Assembly (NCBI RefSeq): GCF_009914755.1
Contig: NC_060925.1
Source of the DNA: the human T2T-CHM13v2.0 reference genome, Homo sapiens
Direction: 5' to 3' (one strand)
Length of the DNA stretch: 64,000 bases
The notes beneath the pieces were generated by a model. It was given only the letters and a program-made list of their open reading frames with translations, was not told the origin of the DNA and searched no databases. Below are positions 1 through 16,324 of this stretch, in pieces (the stretch's first letter is position 1; each line of letters begins with the position of its first letter). The position numbers and the translations under genes were made by a program.

Positions 1-864
1 TCTCTGCCTAATTTTTAATCCTTTTCATAATCCATGACTTTCTTACATTACTAATTTAGACTAATTAGACTTAAGCTGGGTCAAGAAATGTATTACTAAA
101 ATCATATAAGTTTGGTTTTCTCTTTCAGACTATAGCATAGAATAAATTCTACAAAAATAAAAAGTAATGAACATAAGGCCTAATATTAACTAGATTATAG
201 ACCACTCATTGACTTTGAGTGCAGTTGCATCATTAATATTTAAAATGTTATTGTTTTTAGATGTCATACCAAACAAATTAAATATGGAATACACAAACAA
301 CAGAGAGGAAAAACTAATCAAAATTGTGCCATAAGTTCCACAAAATGCAGCTTATATGTAAGTTAAATTCAATTAAACACAATTTAATTAATCCATTTTC
401 TTAATATATGCTTAGTCTCTTATTTTACTCCTTTTTTTTTTCCTGACAATGCCTCCCTCCCTAAAGTTTAGTCAGGAGGTTGTTCTTTTGAAGCTATATT
501 TTGAATAAATAGCAGCATCCTGTGTAAACAGTTGTCCTGTGCCACTTAATTGTCCATAATTATAAAATTTAGCTTTGTGTCTCGTTTTATGAAGCATTTG
601 TTGATGTTTTTATGCAAAGGAAGAAGGATATGTCCAACAATAGACAAAAGTTTTGATGATATAGATGGTAATCATAGCATGTGCTTCCAGACATCTATTA
701 ACATCATTGAGTGGTAAAGAGATCTCTTTCTTGGAGGGGTGTTCATAAAATTGGTTTATTCATGAGATATTTAATGAGCTCTATTATGTGACAGGAATTA
801 TTCTAGACTTTTTCACACAGTAAGGCTGGTATATTGCTGAGGTCATCAGAGATCAGTAGAAGTA

Positions 865-866
<2 letters not shown>

Positions 867-895
<29 letters not shown>
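867..895. repeat. (TG)n microsatellite
   Basis: Uninterrupted tg run seen directly. Confidence 0.95.
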
Positions 896-898
<3 letters not shown>

Positions 899-910
899 CA
901 AATTAATTTT

Positions 911-1500
911 AAATATTGTTAAAATGGTCATACTACCCAAAGTAATTTATAGATTCAATGCTATTCCCATTAAATTATCATTGGCATTCTTCACAGAACT
1001 AGAGAAAACTAATTTAAAATTCATATGAATCCAAAAAAAGAGCCCAACTAGTCAAGGCAATCCTCAGCCAAAAGGACAAAGCTGGAAGCATCACGCTACC
1101 CAACTTCAAAATGTACTACAAAGCTACATAACCAAAACACCATGATATTGTTACAAAAACAGACACATAGACCAATGGAACAGAATAGAAAATTCAGAAA
1201 TAAGACTGTGCACCTACAACCATCTGATCTTTGACAAGTCTGACAAAAACAAACAAAGGGGAAAAGATTCCCTATTCAATAAATGGTGTTAAGATAACTG
1301 GCTAGCCATATGCAGAAGTTTGAAACTGGGCCCTTTCCACACAGTATACAAAAATTAACTCAGGATGGATTAAAGACTTAAATATAAAACCCAACACTAC
1401 AAAAACCCTGGAAGACCACCTAGGCAATACCGTTCAGGACATAGGCACTGGCAATGATTTCGTGATGAAGACGCCAGTAGCAATTGCAACAAAAGCAAAA
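911..1500 (+). mobile_element. LINE-1 ORF2 fragment (older L1PA/L1PB type), truncated at both ends
   Basis: Translates to [22 protein letters not shown]...FFTELEK; contains L1 motifs gaccaatggaacagaatag, ttcaataaatggtg and ggattaaagactta. No poly(A) tail. Confidence 0.9.
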
Positions 1501-3150
1501 GAGGAGGGTGAGGGTTAAAGCTGAGGGAAAAGGAGAATCTTAGGTCCACTAGCCATCGAGGAGGCGACACTGGCCTTACTGGGCTTACTTTTGGCCAAAA
1601 AGCATTTTGTAGCTCAAACATCTTTCTATTTAAAAACAATCTCATAACAGTGGTTTTGTAAGTCATCTGACTTTAAAAAATTGTTTTGTAACATTTTACT
1701 CTGACTTTAGGCAAGAACGGCATTACATTGTTGAAGTAATGTCTTTTTCATAAATTTAGTTTATCTCTCTGAAGCTTCTATAATACCCTCTGATTAGCAC
1801 TACTTTGAAAATAAATATTCCAGTTAATACTGTTATTAGTTAAATTGAAATGTATTTCATTGCTATTGTTATGTTTATTCAACATTACTGTACTGTCAAC
1901 TTTGTTAATTCAATGTAAGTAAATAATATTTTGTTAGAATCTACAGTTTCATTGTTTCATGGTGAGAATGATGCTTTACATCTACAATAAATCTTAAAAG
2001 TGATACTAATGTCTGTCAGAATGTCACACTGATATGTCTAGCGGAAATAATTAATGGAATCATAAACTGTAGTGAGCTTTGGAAGATCCATTAAACTTTT
2101 AAACTCTGGTATTTCCTAGACATGAGCTAACACTTTTGAGGGGTCCATGTCAATTTGTATTAAGAAGGCATAAAGTAAAATAAAGCATTTCATTTTTGAA
2201 ATGGCAAGCATATTTTGCTGTTTTTTTTCATATTCTGTCACTCTCTGAAGATCATTTGCATATAAACATGTATAATTCATCTCAATAATATAATGGTCAT
2301 TAATTTACATTATTCTACACGGATTCTTGTTCCAACTCTGCCACCTCTCCACTGTGTGGCCCAGAATACACCACTTACACTCTCCATATTACATATTCTT
2401 TTAACTAACAAATAGAGAAAGTAGTATTCATCATATCCTGTTAGAAATTTAAAAAAAAAATCATAGGTGAACGTTAAACATTTGGCTCTATTTTTACCTT
2501 AATTTTTCCCTGTCCCTAAAGGATCTCACTTTCATTATAGTTTATCTCTAACAATACACGAATGTTACCATGAAGGGAATAATTGCTCCTCAGAACTCCC
2601 CATGAGGTTCAGACCTGTGCTACCAACTACTGATTACTTCTGCTATTCAACTCTTTATCATTACTCCACAAAATACTTCACAAGGAGCATCTTCATAATC
2701 AGGCATCCAGGCATACTAGGTCTGCATTTCTTGTCTCCAATTTCTAACTCCCATTTATCTCTTATTGACTTAAATGAGTTGATTTCTACCTTATTACACC
2801 CCTTAAATTCCTTTCCCTAATGACACTAATAATTTTATGGCTTACCTAGCTAAGAAGTAGTCAATTTCATTATTACTTGAACAAAAATGTAATATCCATG
2901 ACCACTTTTTTTTGGATTATCAAGACTCCACTTTCTCTTGTTTTGTTTGCTTCTCTTATTCTTACTAAATGTATCTTCTCAATCATAATTTGTTCTTCCA
3001 TTAACTGTCCTATATTTCATGTATTGCTTTATCCAGAATTCAATACATTTAAATTTTTATTCATTATATTATCATATTCCATACATTTATTTCAGTAAGC
3101 AATTGTATTCCATTGGTTTCAACATTCACCTGTATATCATTGATTCACAG

Positions 3151-3950
3151 CATTTGAGTTATTTGTGGCCATATAAAAAAATTATCTCAAAATTTAGTTG
3201 CTTAACACAATAATAAACATTAATTTTCCTCAGTTTCTAGTAGTCAGGAATTCAGGGGTGGCTTTGCTATGTTTATGGAACAGAGATTCTCATTTGATAG
3301 TCATTAAGTTGTCAAATAGGATTGCCATCATCTGAAGTTTTTGTTTTGTTTTGTTTTTGAGACAGAGTCTCACTCTGTCACCCAGGCTTCAGTGCAGTGT
3401 TATGATCTCGGCTCACTGCAACCTCCGCCTCCCAGGTTCAAGTGGTTCTCCTCAGCCTCCTGAGTAGCTGGGACTGCAGTTGTGTGCCACCACTCCCGGC
3501 TAATTTTTATGTATTTTTAGTAGAGACAGGGTTTCGCCGTGTTGGCCAGGCTGGTTTCAAACTCCTGACCTCAGGTGATCCTCCCACCTCGGCCTCCCAA
3601 AGTGCTGGGATTACAGGCGTGAGCCACTGCACCCGGCCACCATCATCTGAAGTTTTGAGTGGGACTGAAGGATCTGTTTCCAAGAGGGGTCACTCACTTG
3701 CTTGTCTATTGGTGCTGCCTTCTGGTGGGAGGTTTCAGTTCCCCACCACGTAGTCCTCTCCAAAGGCTTTTTGAGGGTCCTCACAGCATAGTGACTGCCT
3801 TCTATAATGGGCAGTGATCAACTACAGCTAATAATTTAAGGGAGTAAGAGCCAGCTGGAAGCTTATCAGTTTAATGACTTAGCCATACAGTCAAAAGATG
3901 TCACTTCTGCCACATTATTTTTGAGGAAGTGAGTCATTAAACCCCACCTA
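3151..3950 (-). mobile_element. MLT1-family (MaLR) solo LTR, split by an Alu
   Basis: Motifs caaaatttagttgcttaa, tcaggaattcagg, gtcctcacagcat and gtcacttctgccacatt resemble the reverse strand of MLT1 LTRs. Boundaries approximate. Confidence 0.7.
3342..3638 (-). mobile_element. AluS (Sx-like), full length
   Basis: Complete antisense Alu; 17-bp TSD ccatcatctgaagtttt at 3325-3341 and 3640-3656. Confidence 0.97.
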
Positions 3951-4636
3951 TAGATGTCTACATATATGTGCACACACAAAGAAGCATAGACACGTACACA
4001 TTATTCAAATAAATGTGCACTTCACTTACACTCGATAATATATTTATATATTATGTAATTGTGCAATATCTAATTATATACATTCACACGAGTTATATCA
4101 AACTGTAATCTCTGTTCTGTACTTTGTTTATTCATTTGTTATATTTTGAGAATAACTTCTTAACAGTTAAAGTACTTTTTTAGCTTTTTTGTTGTATAAT
4201 CAATATACAATAAAATTCACCTACTTAAAATATACTTAATGAGTGTTGAGTAGTTTACACAGTTAAGAAAATAAATATATCCATCATCATACAAAGTTTA
4301 TTCATGTCAATTTGTGTCCTAAGATTGGGTTTAACATTGAAATTCAATGAATGTAACTCATCATATAAACAGACAATAAAATAAAACTTATATAATCATA
4401 AAATTGATAGAAAAATAAGCATTTGTCAAAATTTATTTTTATGTACACATTTATTTATATATTTATTTTCATAATAGTAAAATCAACATTTATTTTAAAT
4501 ATATTATTTTCATATCTTTCAGAACTGCTACTTTTATTATGAATAAATTCTCAGAATCATTTTGAAATTTTAATTTTGTCTATTAATTTTTTTATAATGA
4601 TGTATTTTAATTATTTGCATTTTAAAATAAGTTTTA

Positions 4637-4779
4637 TTTATTTTTTATTTTTTATTTTTTTTCCTGGAAATCTTTATTTATTTATTTATTTATTTATTAT
4701 TATTATACTTTAAGTTTTAGGGTACATGAGCACAATGTGCAGGTTAGTTACATATGTATACATGTGCCATGCTGGTGTG
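4637..4779 (-). mobile_element. Severely 5'-truncated young L1PA (about 85 bp of 3' UTR plus tail)
   Basis: ttatactttaagttttagggtacatg...gtgccatgctggtg is the L1PA 3' terminus; 15-bp TSD ttaaaataagtttta at 4622-4636 and 4780-4794. Confidence 0.93.
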
Positions 4780-5769
4780 TTAAAATAAGTTTTAAATCCT
4801 TCACCTCATTATTCTTCAGCAAAATTGGTTATATTATTCTTGGTTATCAAATCTTCCTAGTAAATTTAGATTTAATTTATCATGTTATCAAAAAATGCAT
4901 TTGAACATCCATATTAATTTGAAAATAAAGATTGAAATCTGTGACGTCTGCATTTTTTATATTATCTCCCAGAATACAACATAATTCTCAATTATTTTAG
5001 TTCAAGGTTGCTTATTACACTTTTGTATTTTTATTTTAATTGGTTTTGCATATCAAAAATAGATTATGCTTCTTTGTTGAAAGGGGATATTTTTATAAAT
5101 GTTTGAATTGTTTAATATAATTGTATAAGTAGTTATTTACTTCTATCTACTCATTAGGCATTTTACTAAATTCCTTATGACAAAAAATTCCATTTCAACT
5201 GATTCATTAGGATTTTCTAGATAGTTAATTTTATTATCTATAAATAAAAATGGAAATTAACATATCTTTTGGAGCACTTACTACATTGTAGGCCCTCCTT
5301 TGAAAATTCAATTAGTATATGTAATACAGATTTGTAATTTATTGCTCTTATTACATTGCAGATGTATATAGCATCAAATAATTTTGAATAACAGTGTTGA
5401 CAACAATTTTTTTAACATTAATGCTGTCTATATATTGCTTGTACTTATTCTTAGGAATTCTGTTAAATGTTTTTCTGTTTACTGGATGTATCAACACTAA
5501 AAATTGAACTGTTATAATTGTTCATTTATTGTATCACTAACTATCCAGTTTGAATTATTCTTCAGTAACTTTCCCATAGCAAACTAAATTGGAAATAAAA
5601 TATAATTCCCTGACTATGTGAACTAAATTTATGTGTTTGTTTCTTAGCAAGGTGTGGATAAATATATTTGATTTCTGTAAAATTATGGCATTTTATGGCA
5701 GTAAACATATTCTCTATAGTTATGTCATATGTATGTCACATATATGCACACATAGTCATATGTTGCTTA

Positions 5770-7727
<1,958 letters not shown>

Positions 7728-8622
7728 GGACATGGATGAAATTGGAAATCATCATTGTCAGTAACCTATTGCAAGAACAAAAAACCAAACACCGCATATT
7801 CTCACTCATAGGTGGGAATTGAACAATGAGATCACCTGGACACAGGAAGGGGAATATCACACTCTGGGGACTGTTGTGGGGTGGGTGGAGGGGGGAGGGA
7901 TAGCATTGGGAGATATACCTAATGCTAGATGACGAGTTAGTGGGTGCAGCGCAGCAGCATGGCACTTGTATACATATGTAACTAACCTGCACAATGTGCA
8001 CATGTACCCTAGAACTTAAAGTATAATAAAAAATAAATAAATAAATAAAAAGAGAAATGTGTTGTTCAGTGATTTCATCTTAATGCAAAAAGCATAGAGT
8101 GTACTTAGACAAACCTAGATAGTATAGCCTACTACACACCTAGGTTACATGGTGTAGCCTGTTGCTCCTAGTATAGATCAGAGCATGTTACTGTACTGAA
8201 TACTGTAGACAATGGTAAATATTTGTGTATCAATACAGAGAAAAAGTAATGTTAAAGTAGGGGATAAAAATTTTAGAATGGTACACTTTATAGGGCACTT
8301 AAAATGAATGAAACTTGCAGGACTGGAAGTTACTCCAGTTGAGTCAGTAAGTGGGGAGTGAATGTAAAGTCATGGGACATTTCTACATGTTACTGTTGAC
8401 TTTATAAAAACTGTATACTTACACTACCTTAAATTTACAAAGACATTTGTTGTTTCTTCAATAATAAATTACCTTAGTTTACTGAAACTTTTTACTTTAT
8501 AAGCCCTTTAATGTTTAACTTTTTTACTCTTATAACACTTAGCTTAAAACACAAACACAGTGTACAGCTGTACAAATGTTTTTTCTTTGTATTCTTATTC
8601 CATAAGTTATTTTTCTATTTAT

Positions 8623-8627
<5 letters not shown>

Positions 8628-8677
<50 letters not shown>
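8628..8677. repeat. (TA)n microsatellite inside Tigger3
   Basis: Long perfect ta run. Confidence 0.95.
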
Positions 8678-8682
<5 letters not shown>

Positions 8683-11600
8683 ATTTGAAGTTCTTGTTAA
8701 AAACTAAGACACACACATTAGCCTAGACCTACATAGGGTTAGGATCATCAATATCACTGTCTTCCACCTCCACATCTTGTCCCACTGAAAGGTCTTCAAG
8801 GACAATGAAATGCATAGAGCTGCCATCTTCTGTGATAACAATGCCTTTTTTTTAATACTCCTAAGGGACCTGTCCAAGTTTGTATTACAATTAACATTAT
8901 TTTAAAAAGTGGAAATAATACACACTAAAATAGCAATGAAAAGTATAATACAGTAAATACATAAAACAGCAAGACTTTATTATTATCAGGCATTATGCAC
9001 TGTACATAATTGCATGTGGTATACTTTTATATGACTGGAAGTGCAGCAGGTTTGTTTACACCAGAATGACCACAAAGACATGAGAAATGCATTCCACTAT
9101 GATGGCTGCAACATGACTAGAAAATTTTCAGCTGCCTTATAATCTTATGAGATTACCATTGTGTATGTAGACCTTCCTTAACTGAAATGCCATTATGTGG
9201 CACGTGACTATATATATAAAATATATTCTCAATCTTTAATGAACATTTTTGGAAATCCAGTGATAACTGGTAGGTTTCCATATTCCATAGAAAGTTAATA
9301 AAGAAAAATTAAAGGTATAGTGACATTGTGTATGGTTTCTCTTCATTTCCGGAAAATGCCAAATTTTATGCTACTTGTCTTTTTAAAAGTCTTAATCTTC
9401 TCTCATTATGGTTACCACCAAGAGTTACATTACATGTGATTAAATACAATTTTGAAACTAATTATAAGAGTTGAAAATCAAGTATAACAAATCAAAACAT
9501 TAGCTCTGCTAGCGTTTCCTTTCGCAACACCACAGAAGACACATATTCCCCTAGTGTCCAATTTCCTAATATATATGACTGAAGCAATAGCACCCTTGCC
9601 AAAACACTCAGTACTCAGGTGATAGACACTACGAGTACTGCTTGATTTGTGAAGCTCTCTCTTAAATTCTTAAGGATGTGCTCTGTAAAAAGATCTTAGG
9701 GTTGCAACATCCACATAAACTTCTGGGCCCAACAATGGGAACTGTCAGTTAAAAATATACTTTAAGGGATTGGTATTTTTAAGCTATTTTCTCCCCAGCT
9801 GAACATTTTTTCTTCTTCAAGTATGTGGTGAAGAGCCCATTTAAGCCTCTTGGTTAGAGTTATATTTGAAAGATTCGGCTTTCTTTGGATTTAAGAAATC
9901 ACAGAATGCCAAGAACAAAAGGGGAAAATAAATGGCTGGAAAGCATGGAGAGGTTTTTTTTTGTTGTTTTTTGTTTTGTTTTCTCTGAACATAGATATTC
10001 TCTGGAAAGAGAATCCAGAAATATAATAAATGATGCTTTGGGAGTTGTTGTCAACAATCAGAAGTGAAAGACTATTATTGCTCCCTATAAACCTCTATTT
10101 TTCAAAAAGTTTTACATATAGTTAAATTCAAAAACAAGTAGGAGCAATGAAAGGCTAAAGTGAAATATGTATTGATTTCAAACACATGGTTTTGAGTAAA
10201 TATTTTTAAAGTTAGTTGTGATTTTGGGAATCATTACCAAACATTTTTGCCATCTTCGATTTAATTTTAATTGTCATCATTACTCTTTTATTTATGCTAA
10301 CATTTTACAAATTTTAATTCAAAATTATATATAATTATAGGTTAAAACAGATTATTAAGAAAACATTTTATGTTTTGTTAGTTAATGTTTTTGCTAGCTG
10401 AAAAAAAATATTGACTTCCATTATCTAATTTTATAATGACAGAACACATTTGTAAAATTAAACTTCATAAACTACAAACTTTTCTATAGAACACTGAATG
10501 GCATAATTTATTTAAATAAAGCTTGGAAAAAATCATGCTATTTTACTGCCATACAAGCTGAGAGAAGGGAGAAAAATTACAGCATTCCAAGGCACCCGTT
10601 TTTATGTGGATGAGAGTTAGTGATTCATTTTATAATATCTTAATATTATCTTAGTATAATATGACAAAATTCCATGGGTGACAATTAAATAGGGGATGTC
10701 ATTTTCAAACTAATAAAAAGGACAAAAATAATAAGAGAAATCCTAATACCAATACTGATATAATGAATAAGTATAAAATGGGGCTAATGGAATACACAAA
10801 ATAAGATAGCTGAAATATATCATGATACATCATTAATCACCTTAAATGTGAACTCTTCATGAAGTTACAAATATCTGATGTGCTATAAAACAAATATGTC
10901 ATAAAGCATAGATTTTAATTGAAAAAGCATCCTTAAGAATAAGGAAATATACAATATTAGGATAAGAGGTTAAATTAATCCTGTGTCTTAATGCAATCAA
11001 TTTAAAAAGTCAATTGCATTTTGACACAGCAGCAGCATAAAGATATACAATGCACTTTAAGATACAATAAAGAAGCAAAAATATAATTTTAATAGATTCT
11101 TTAGTTTTCTTGGAAATAGTCCATTTCTTAATTAATAAAACTTAATATTATCAATTAACACTACACTGTGAAATAAAACTAAGTTTCTCAGTCTCTCCTT
11201 CCTCCTTCTGTCAATACTTACCACCAAATATTTTTTTCTATGTATCTTGCTATTTTCCTCTAGGTTACTATGGATAAATATTATCCTTATTATTTTATGT
11301 ATAATTTTAATATGTTATTTTGTGATTGTAATTATAATTAAATTGATTTAACTTAATTAACTCAATGATATAAATGAGCAGAATAATTGGGACAGCCAAT
11401 TAATTTTCTCTGACCAATATTATTCTGTTTTCTTAACATCCTTTTTCTTAGTAATTTATTACAGTCTAGACACAACTTCATCTATTTGGTTTTGTGAATA
11501 TACAATACTACTTATAAATTTTCAATGGATTATTATAGCACACAGTTGCCACATTTCTTATATACAAGGACCAGAATGTTTTACTATGGCCTACCTCCCT

Positions 11601-12536
11601 GGTCCCATCCACCCCAAGCCTCCTTCATTCACTGTGTTCTTATGTGACAGGGCTTCTATGAGGTACTTAAAACATCCATATTCCTTTAACAACTCCTTTA
11701 CAACTTTTTCTTATCCCATGCTCTTTCCTATGCCTTGGAGAAAATCAAATAATGGCCCAAAGATACAGATTAAGAACTATGACCTGGAGCTAGAAAACAT
11801 TTATTGTTAGTCACTAAATTTTTCAGTCATGTCTTAAAGAAAAGGAACAACTCTTAGTCATCGAAAATGTTTTATAACAGAATAACTCCAAAATATCCAT
11901 GGGAAAAAAAAGGATGAACAGCTGGTTTTTTGGTCCTTATTCTAACTTCAAGGACATTGTAGGATATGATCCTTGGCCAATCTCTCTGACAATATTAACT
12001 AAAGGAATTCTTAGAAGTTTTCACATCCAATTTAAGTGAGAATCCGGACAAGAACAGCCTGCTGGATTAAACACCTATTTCCTACTATGAAGATCTAGTG
12101 ATGAGTATCTCTAGCATTGAGGACGGGCAGCGGATCCAAAGAATGGTCACAGTCTGCTGTGCCTAGGGCCTTATGTGATTTTCAAGCTACCAAAGCCGAA
12201 ATTACCCAGTACTGACAGCCTCCATGAGGTTGTCTACACAGACTCAGTATTACCTTTCATTACCATGTATGTCTTCAGAGCATAACATCTCTGCCTGGAA
12301 ATCACAAAACTTCTGTTAGCCTGTTGTTACGTATGGTGTCTTGTTTCCTGTCCTGTATTCTTCTTACAGCTAGGTAAATTTGATATTGGTTGAATCTTCT
12401 GGAAAAAGCTTGTTTCTCTTAAGTTGTTAAGCTACTCTGAGTAAAAAGTTGATAGTACTACATATTGGCAATATATTAAAAATTGCACAACTCAGATTGT
12501 ACGAAAACAATTCTATTAATGCTTCATGCAAACTAA

Positions 12537-12870
<334 letters not shown>

Positions 12871-13004
12871 TAATAATACTATTATGCTCAATAACATTTA
12901 TATGTGGTTTCCATTATATAATAACATTTGAGAAGTGTGAGTGGGAAAATCTCCCAAAAAAGATAATCATCTAAATTTTCTTTTGCAAGATTTAATTGTA
13001 TTTT

Positions 13005-13012
13005 ATTATATA

Positions 13013-13081
<69 letters not shown>

Positions 13082-13098
13082 CAGAGACAGAGAGAGAT
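13005..13098. repeat. Compound (TA)n(GA)n microsatellite
   Basis: Seen directly. Confidence 0.95.
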
Positions 13099-13102
13099 AC
13101 GT

Positions 13103-13202
13103 ATTTTTTTAACTTTTAATTTCAGGGGTACATGTGCAGGTTTGTTACATAGGTAAACTTATGTCGTGGGGGTTTGTTGTACAGATTATTTCATTACCTA
13201 GA
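13103..13202 (-). mobile_element. Short 3'-terminal fragment of an older L1PA
   Basis: ttcaggggtacatgtgcaggtttgttacataggtaaac...gtacagattatttca. Confidence 0.85.
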
Positions 13203-14226
13203 TATTTTGTAAAAAAGCTATTTCTCTAGGTTACACTACTATCTGCACTGTTTCCCAATACCACAACCCTGAGGTAGAATTTAATGTATCCAAAAGAGCA
13301 CAAACCTTTTATTTTTTGAACTCATATGACACATAATAATGTTTAATAGCTATTTCTAAAAAATTTTCTAGTTGTGTATACATAAGTTTATACTGCAGCC
13401 ACAGTAGTAGAAAACTTTTGTTGAAAATTCAATACAATAAATCACAGCAAACAGTTGTCCCTTTACCCCTTATATGTAAAAGATTAAATTATGTCTATTC
13501 TGAAATTTTGATAAAAAGTTTGTAGTTAGATGTTTATTTTAGTAATGTCTGAAGATTATATTTTATTAATATTCCATATAGTCAATTTGTCTGAGATGGT
13601 CACACAAACTAACATTTTGTTATTTAATGCAAATTCTTCATTAAAAATATTTTTTAAGAATATAGACATAATTGGCAAACTCTTTAAAGTAAAAAAGTTA
13701 TAATCATAAAATTTAAAATAATGGTTACCTCTGTGGAAGACGCAGAGAGATGCAACAAGAAGGAGCAGTCAAAAAACTTTAAAGTAGTGTTGTTGTTCTG
13801 GTGATTATGTAACTAGGTCATGACCAAATTGTTGTTAGGCATAAAAATAATCATATGTGATATTGATTATATAATCACATTTGAGAACTATGACTAGAAA
13901 AAACCTTGGAACAACATAAGTGTTTTTGCTTCCAAGATGCAAAATAACAGGAAAATTACCATGTGTCTTAAGCAAAAACATCCTTTAGATAATTCTTTTA
14001 AGAAGCTTAATCCAAACTATTCTTTAAAATAAAAAAAATCTCCAAAATATACATAGGATCTGTTCATTATATATTTAACGTTATAATAAACTTACAAAAT
14101 GTTGGAAATGTTGTATTTTCTCTCATAGTATAATCAATATTGATCTTTTGTAATTGGAATTGAATTTGCAGTGATGAAATTACAATATACCATTTCATAA
14201 TAACAAAATTGCTTGACTTAAAACAG

Positions 14227-14990
14227 TGAAAGATATGGACAGAGACAGGAGGCAGAAAAATTCTAGGCAGAAAAGGGTGGGGGCCCTGGCAGGGGCCCTA
14301 CCCCCAAGCCTGGAACAGTGGCCCCACGTGAGAATTTTACATCCTCGTTTTCCCACTTGAATGTTGCTTTCCCAAAACCACTCCTAGCCCACCCCGCCCC
14401 CCATCCTGTACCCATAAAAACCCCAGGCTCCATTGGCACAGAGCAGGGAAGGAGAGACAAGAAGAAGCAGCTGGATGTTGGAGAGAAGCAGCTTGACTTC
14501 AGAGAGATGGCTTGATGGTGGACCTTAGCAGTAGAGTCTGGCCAGGGACGGCCAGACTCCAGGAGAAGATCACCTTCTTGCTCCTTCCCCTTTCCAGCTC
14601 TCCTTCCTACTGAGGGGCACTTTCATCAACAAAAAAATCCTCTGCATTCACCACCCTTCAATTTGTTCATGTGACCTCATTCCTCCTGGATGCTGTTCAG
14701 GTGCAAAAGGCTGTCACAACTGAAGCCATCCACGATTGGCAAGGCTAAAAGAGCACACTGTAAACCACCTCCCACCCTGGGGCCTCAGGAGTTGTGGGTA
14801 GTTCCCTGGACACTGCAACAGGGCTGCATAGAGTTTTGCTTCTGCCGGTGCCCAAAAGTACTTCCTCCGGCCCTGAACCCACTCACCTGTGTGTTTTCCC
14901 TCCCACAAGGGGCTGAGATATGTGGGCTGAGTAAGTGAGAAACCTCTGTCATGAGGCCCATGAGGAGTTCAAGGAAAATTTCCCCTTTCA
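14227..14990 (+). mobile_element. ERV1-class solo LTR, LTR1 family
   Basis: GC-rich block of about 760 bp beginning gatatggacag...ggaggcag, with cccataaaaacccc and gagaagcagcttgacttcag, ending cccctttca. No clear TSD. Confidence 0.8.
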
Positions 14991-15019
14991 ATATTATTAT
15001 TCTTAAGGGGCATAATACA

Positions 15020-15565
15020 TTTTTAACTATTGCTATGTTACAAAGTACCCCAAAACTTAGTGGAGTAAATTAAGACATTAATTATCTCAAGAGTTTCTGT
15101 GGGTGAGGAACTGGGTCTTTCTTAGCTGGGTCCTCTGCTTCACAGTCTCATATGGCTGGAGTCTAAGTGTTAGCCCAGGGTCCACAGTCTCCCAAAGACT
15201 CAACCCAGGAAAGATCCCCTTCTAAGCTCACTCAGTGCTTGACAGCAGTCTTCAGGGCTGTAGGCTGGTTGGCTGAAGGCCTAATTTCTAGATTAGCTTT
15301 TGCTGGCTAGAGACCACTCTCAGTTTCTTGTACCATGATATCTTAAATGTGACAACTTCCATCAAAGCTACAAGCTGAGAAGGCAGTAGAGGGTCATCTT
15401 GTAAGACAGAATTCACAAGCTTTTGTAGCCTAATCTTGGAAGTGACATATTACTTTTGCCATATTCTGTTGGTTCCAGTCCCAACTTAGGGGAAAGGACT
15501 ACATCATTTCTCATTACCAGAAGGTGATGATCATTGTTGGCTGTCATAGACGTACACCTACCACG
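15020..15565 (-). mobile_element. MLT1-family (MLT1F-like) solo LTR
   Basis: tattgctatgttacaaagtaccccaaaacttag...cttagctgggtcctctgct...ttttgccatattctgttgg...cctaccac. Confidence 0.78.
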
Positions 15566-16324
15566 CACAGAAGAAACATAAGTCTAAATAATTCAAGTAG
15601 TTTGTGTGATTGAAATAAAGCATGCAATTGGAAAGGTGTGATGTGTTTGAATCTCAGAATATAGGATGGTAGCTAACCACATATTTGTAGTTCCAAGCTT
15701 ACTTGATATTGAAGGTATATTTTTTCTTGAGAGTAGCATTTTACACAATTAAACATAATTTACTTGATTAATGTCCTTTCAGGCAAAGAGTCAGACACAG
15801 GAAAGACATAGTCTAAATTATAGTGTTTTAAATAATATAAGTGATTATACCTAACAGAATGCTGAACATGTATATGTTTATATCAGGTTCTATATTATTA
15901 ATATCAATGTGGTAAATAAATAAACCACCCTTATAAATGTGTTTACATATCCAAGTTTCAATATGAGCAGTATAAATTACTATTTATACTTGCTTTATAA
16001 AAACATTAAAATAAGGTGGAATTTTTATATATAACATTATCAGTAATATATGATAAATCCATCCTAAATATAAAAGATGTGAATTTTAAATCAAAATAAC
16101 AACTCAGTATATAAGTATATATTAAAGAAATGCCAGCTATGTGAATTCTGTAGCAATCACCAATATATTTTTAAGTGTGCTTATGATCAAAACTTTGCCA
16201 AATCATTTAGATCTACAGAAAATGTATCAAGGAGTTAACTAAGAATTAATTATATAATAAATATATCACATAAATATTTAAACGTTTTAACAACTTGATA
16301 AGCTAGATATGAATATTAGTCCCA

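Noticed and set aside
1501-1990. L1-mRNA chimera or small exon (ctttag/GCAAGAACGG...GAA/gtaatg) after the truncated L1
   Set aside because: No poly(A) tail, TSD or recognisable transcript. gaggagggtgagggtt may just be a remnant of the L1 3' UTR, and splice-like words are common in AT-rich DNA.
12294-12303. cctggaaatc identical to the tag in the small L1 tail at 4663-4672
   Set aside because: A 10-mer match in 64 kb is plausible by chance and there is no adjacent L1 to act as donor.
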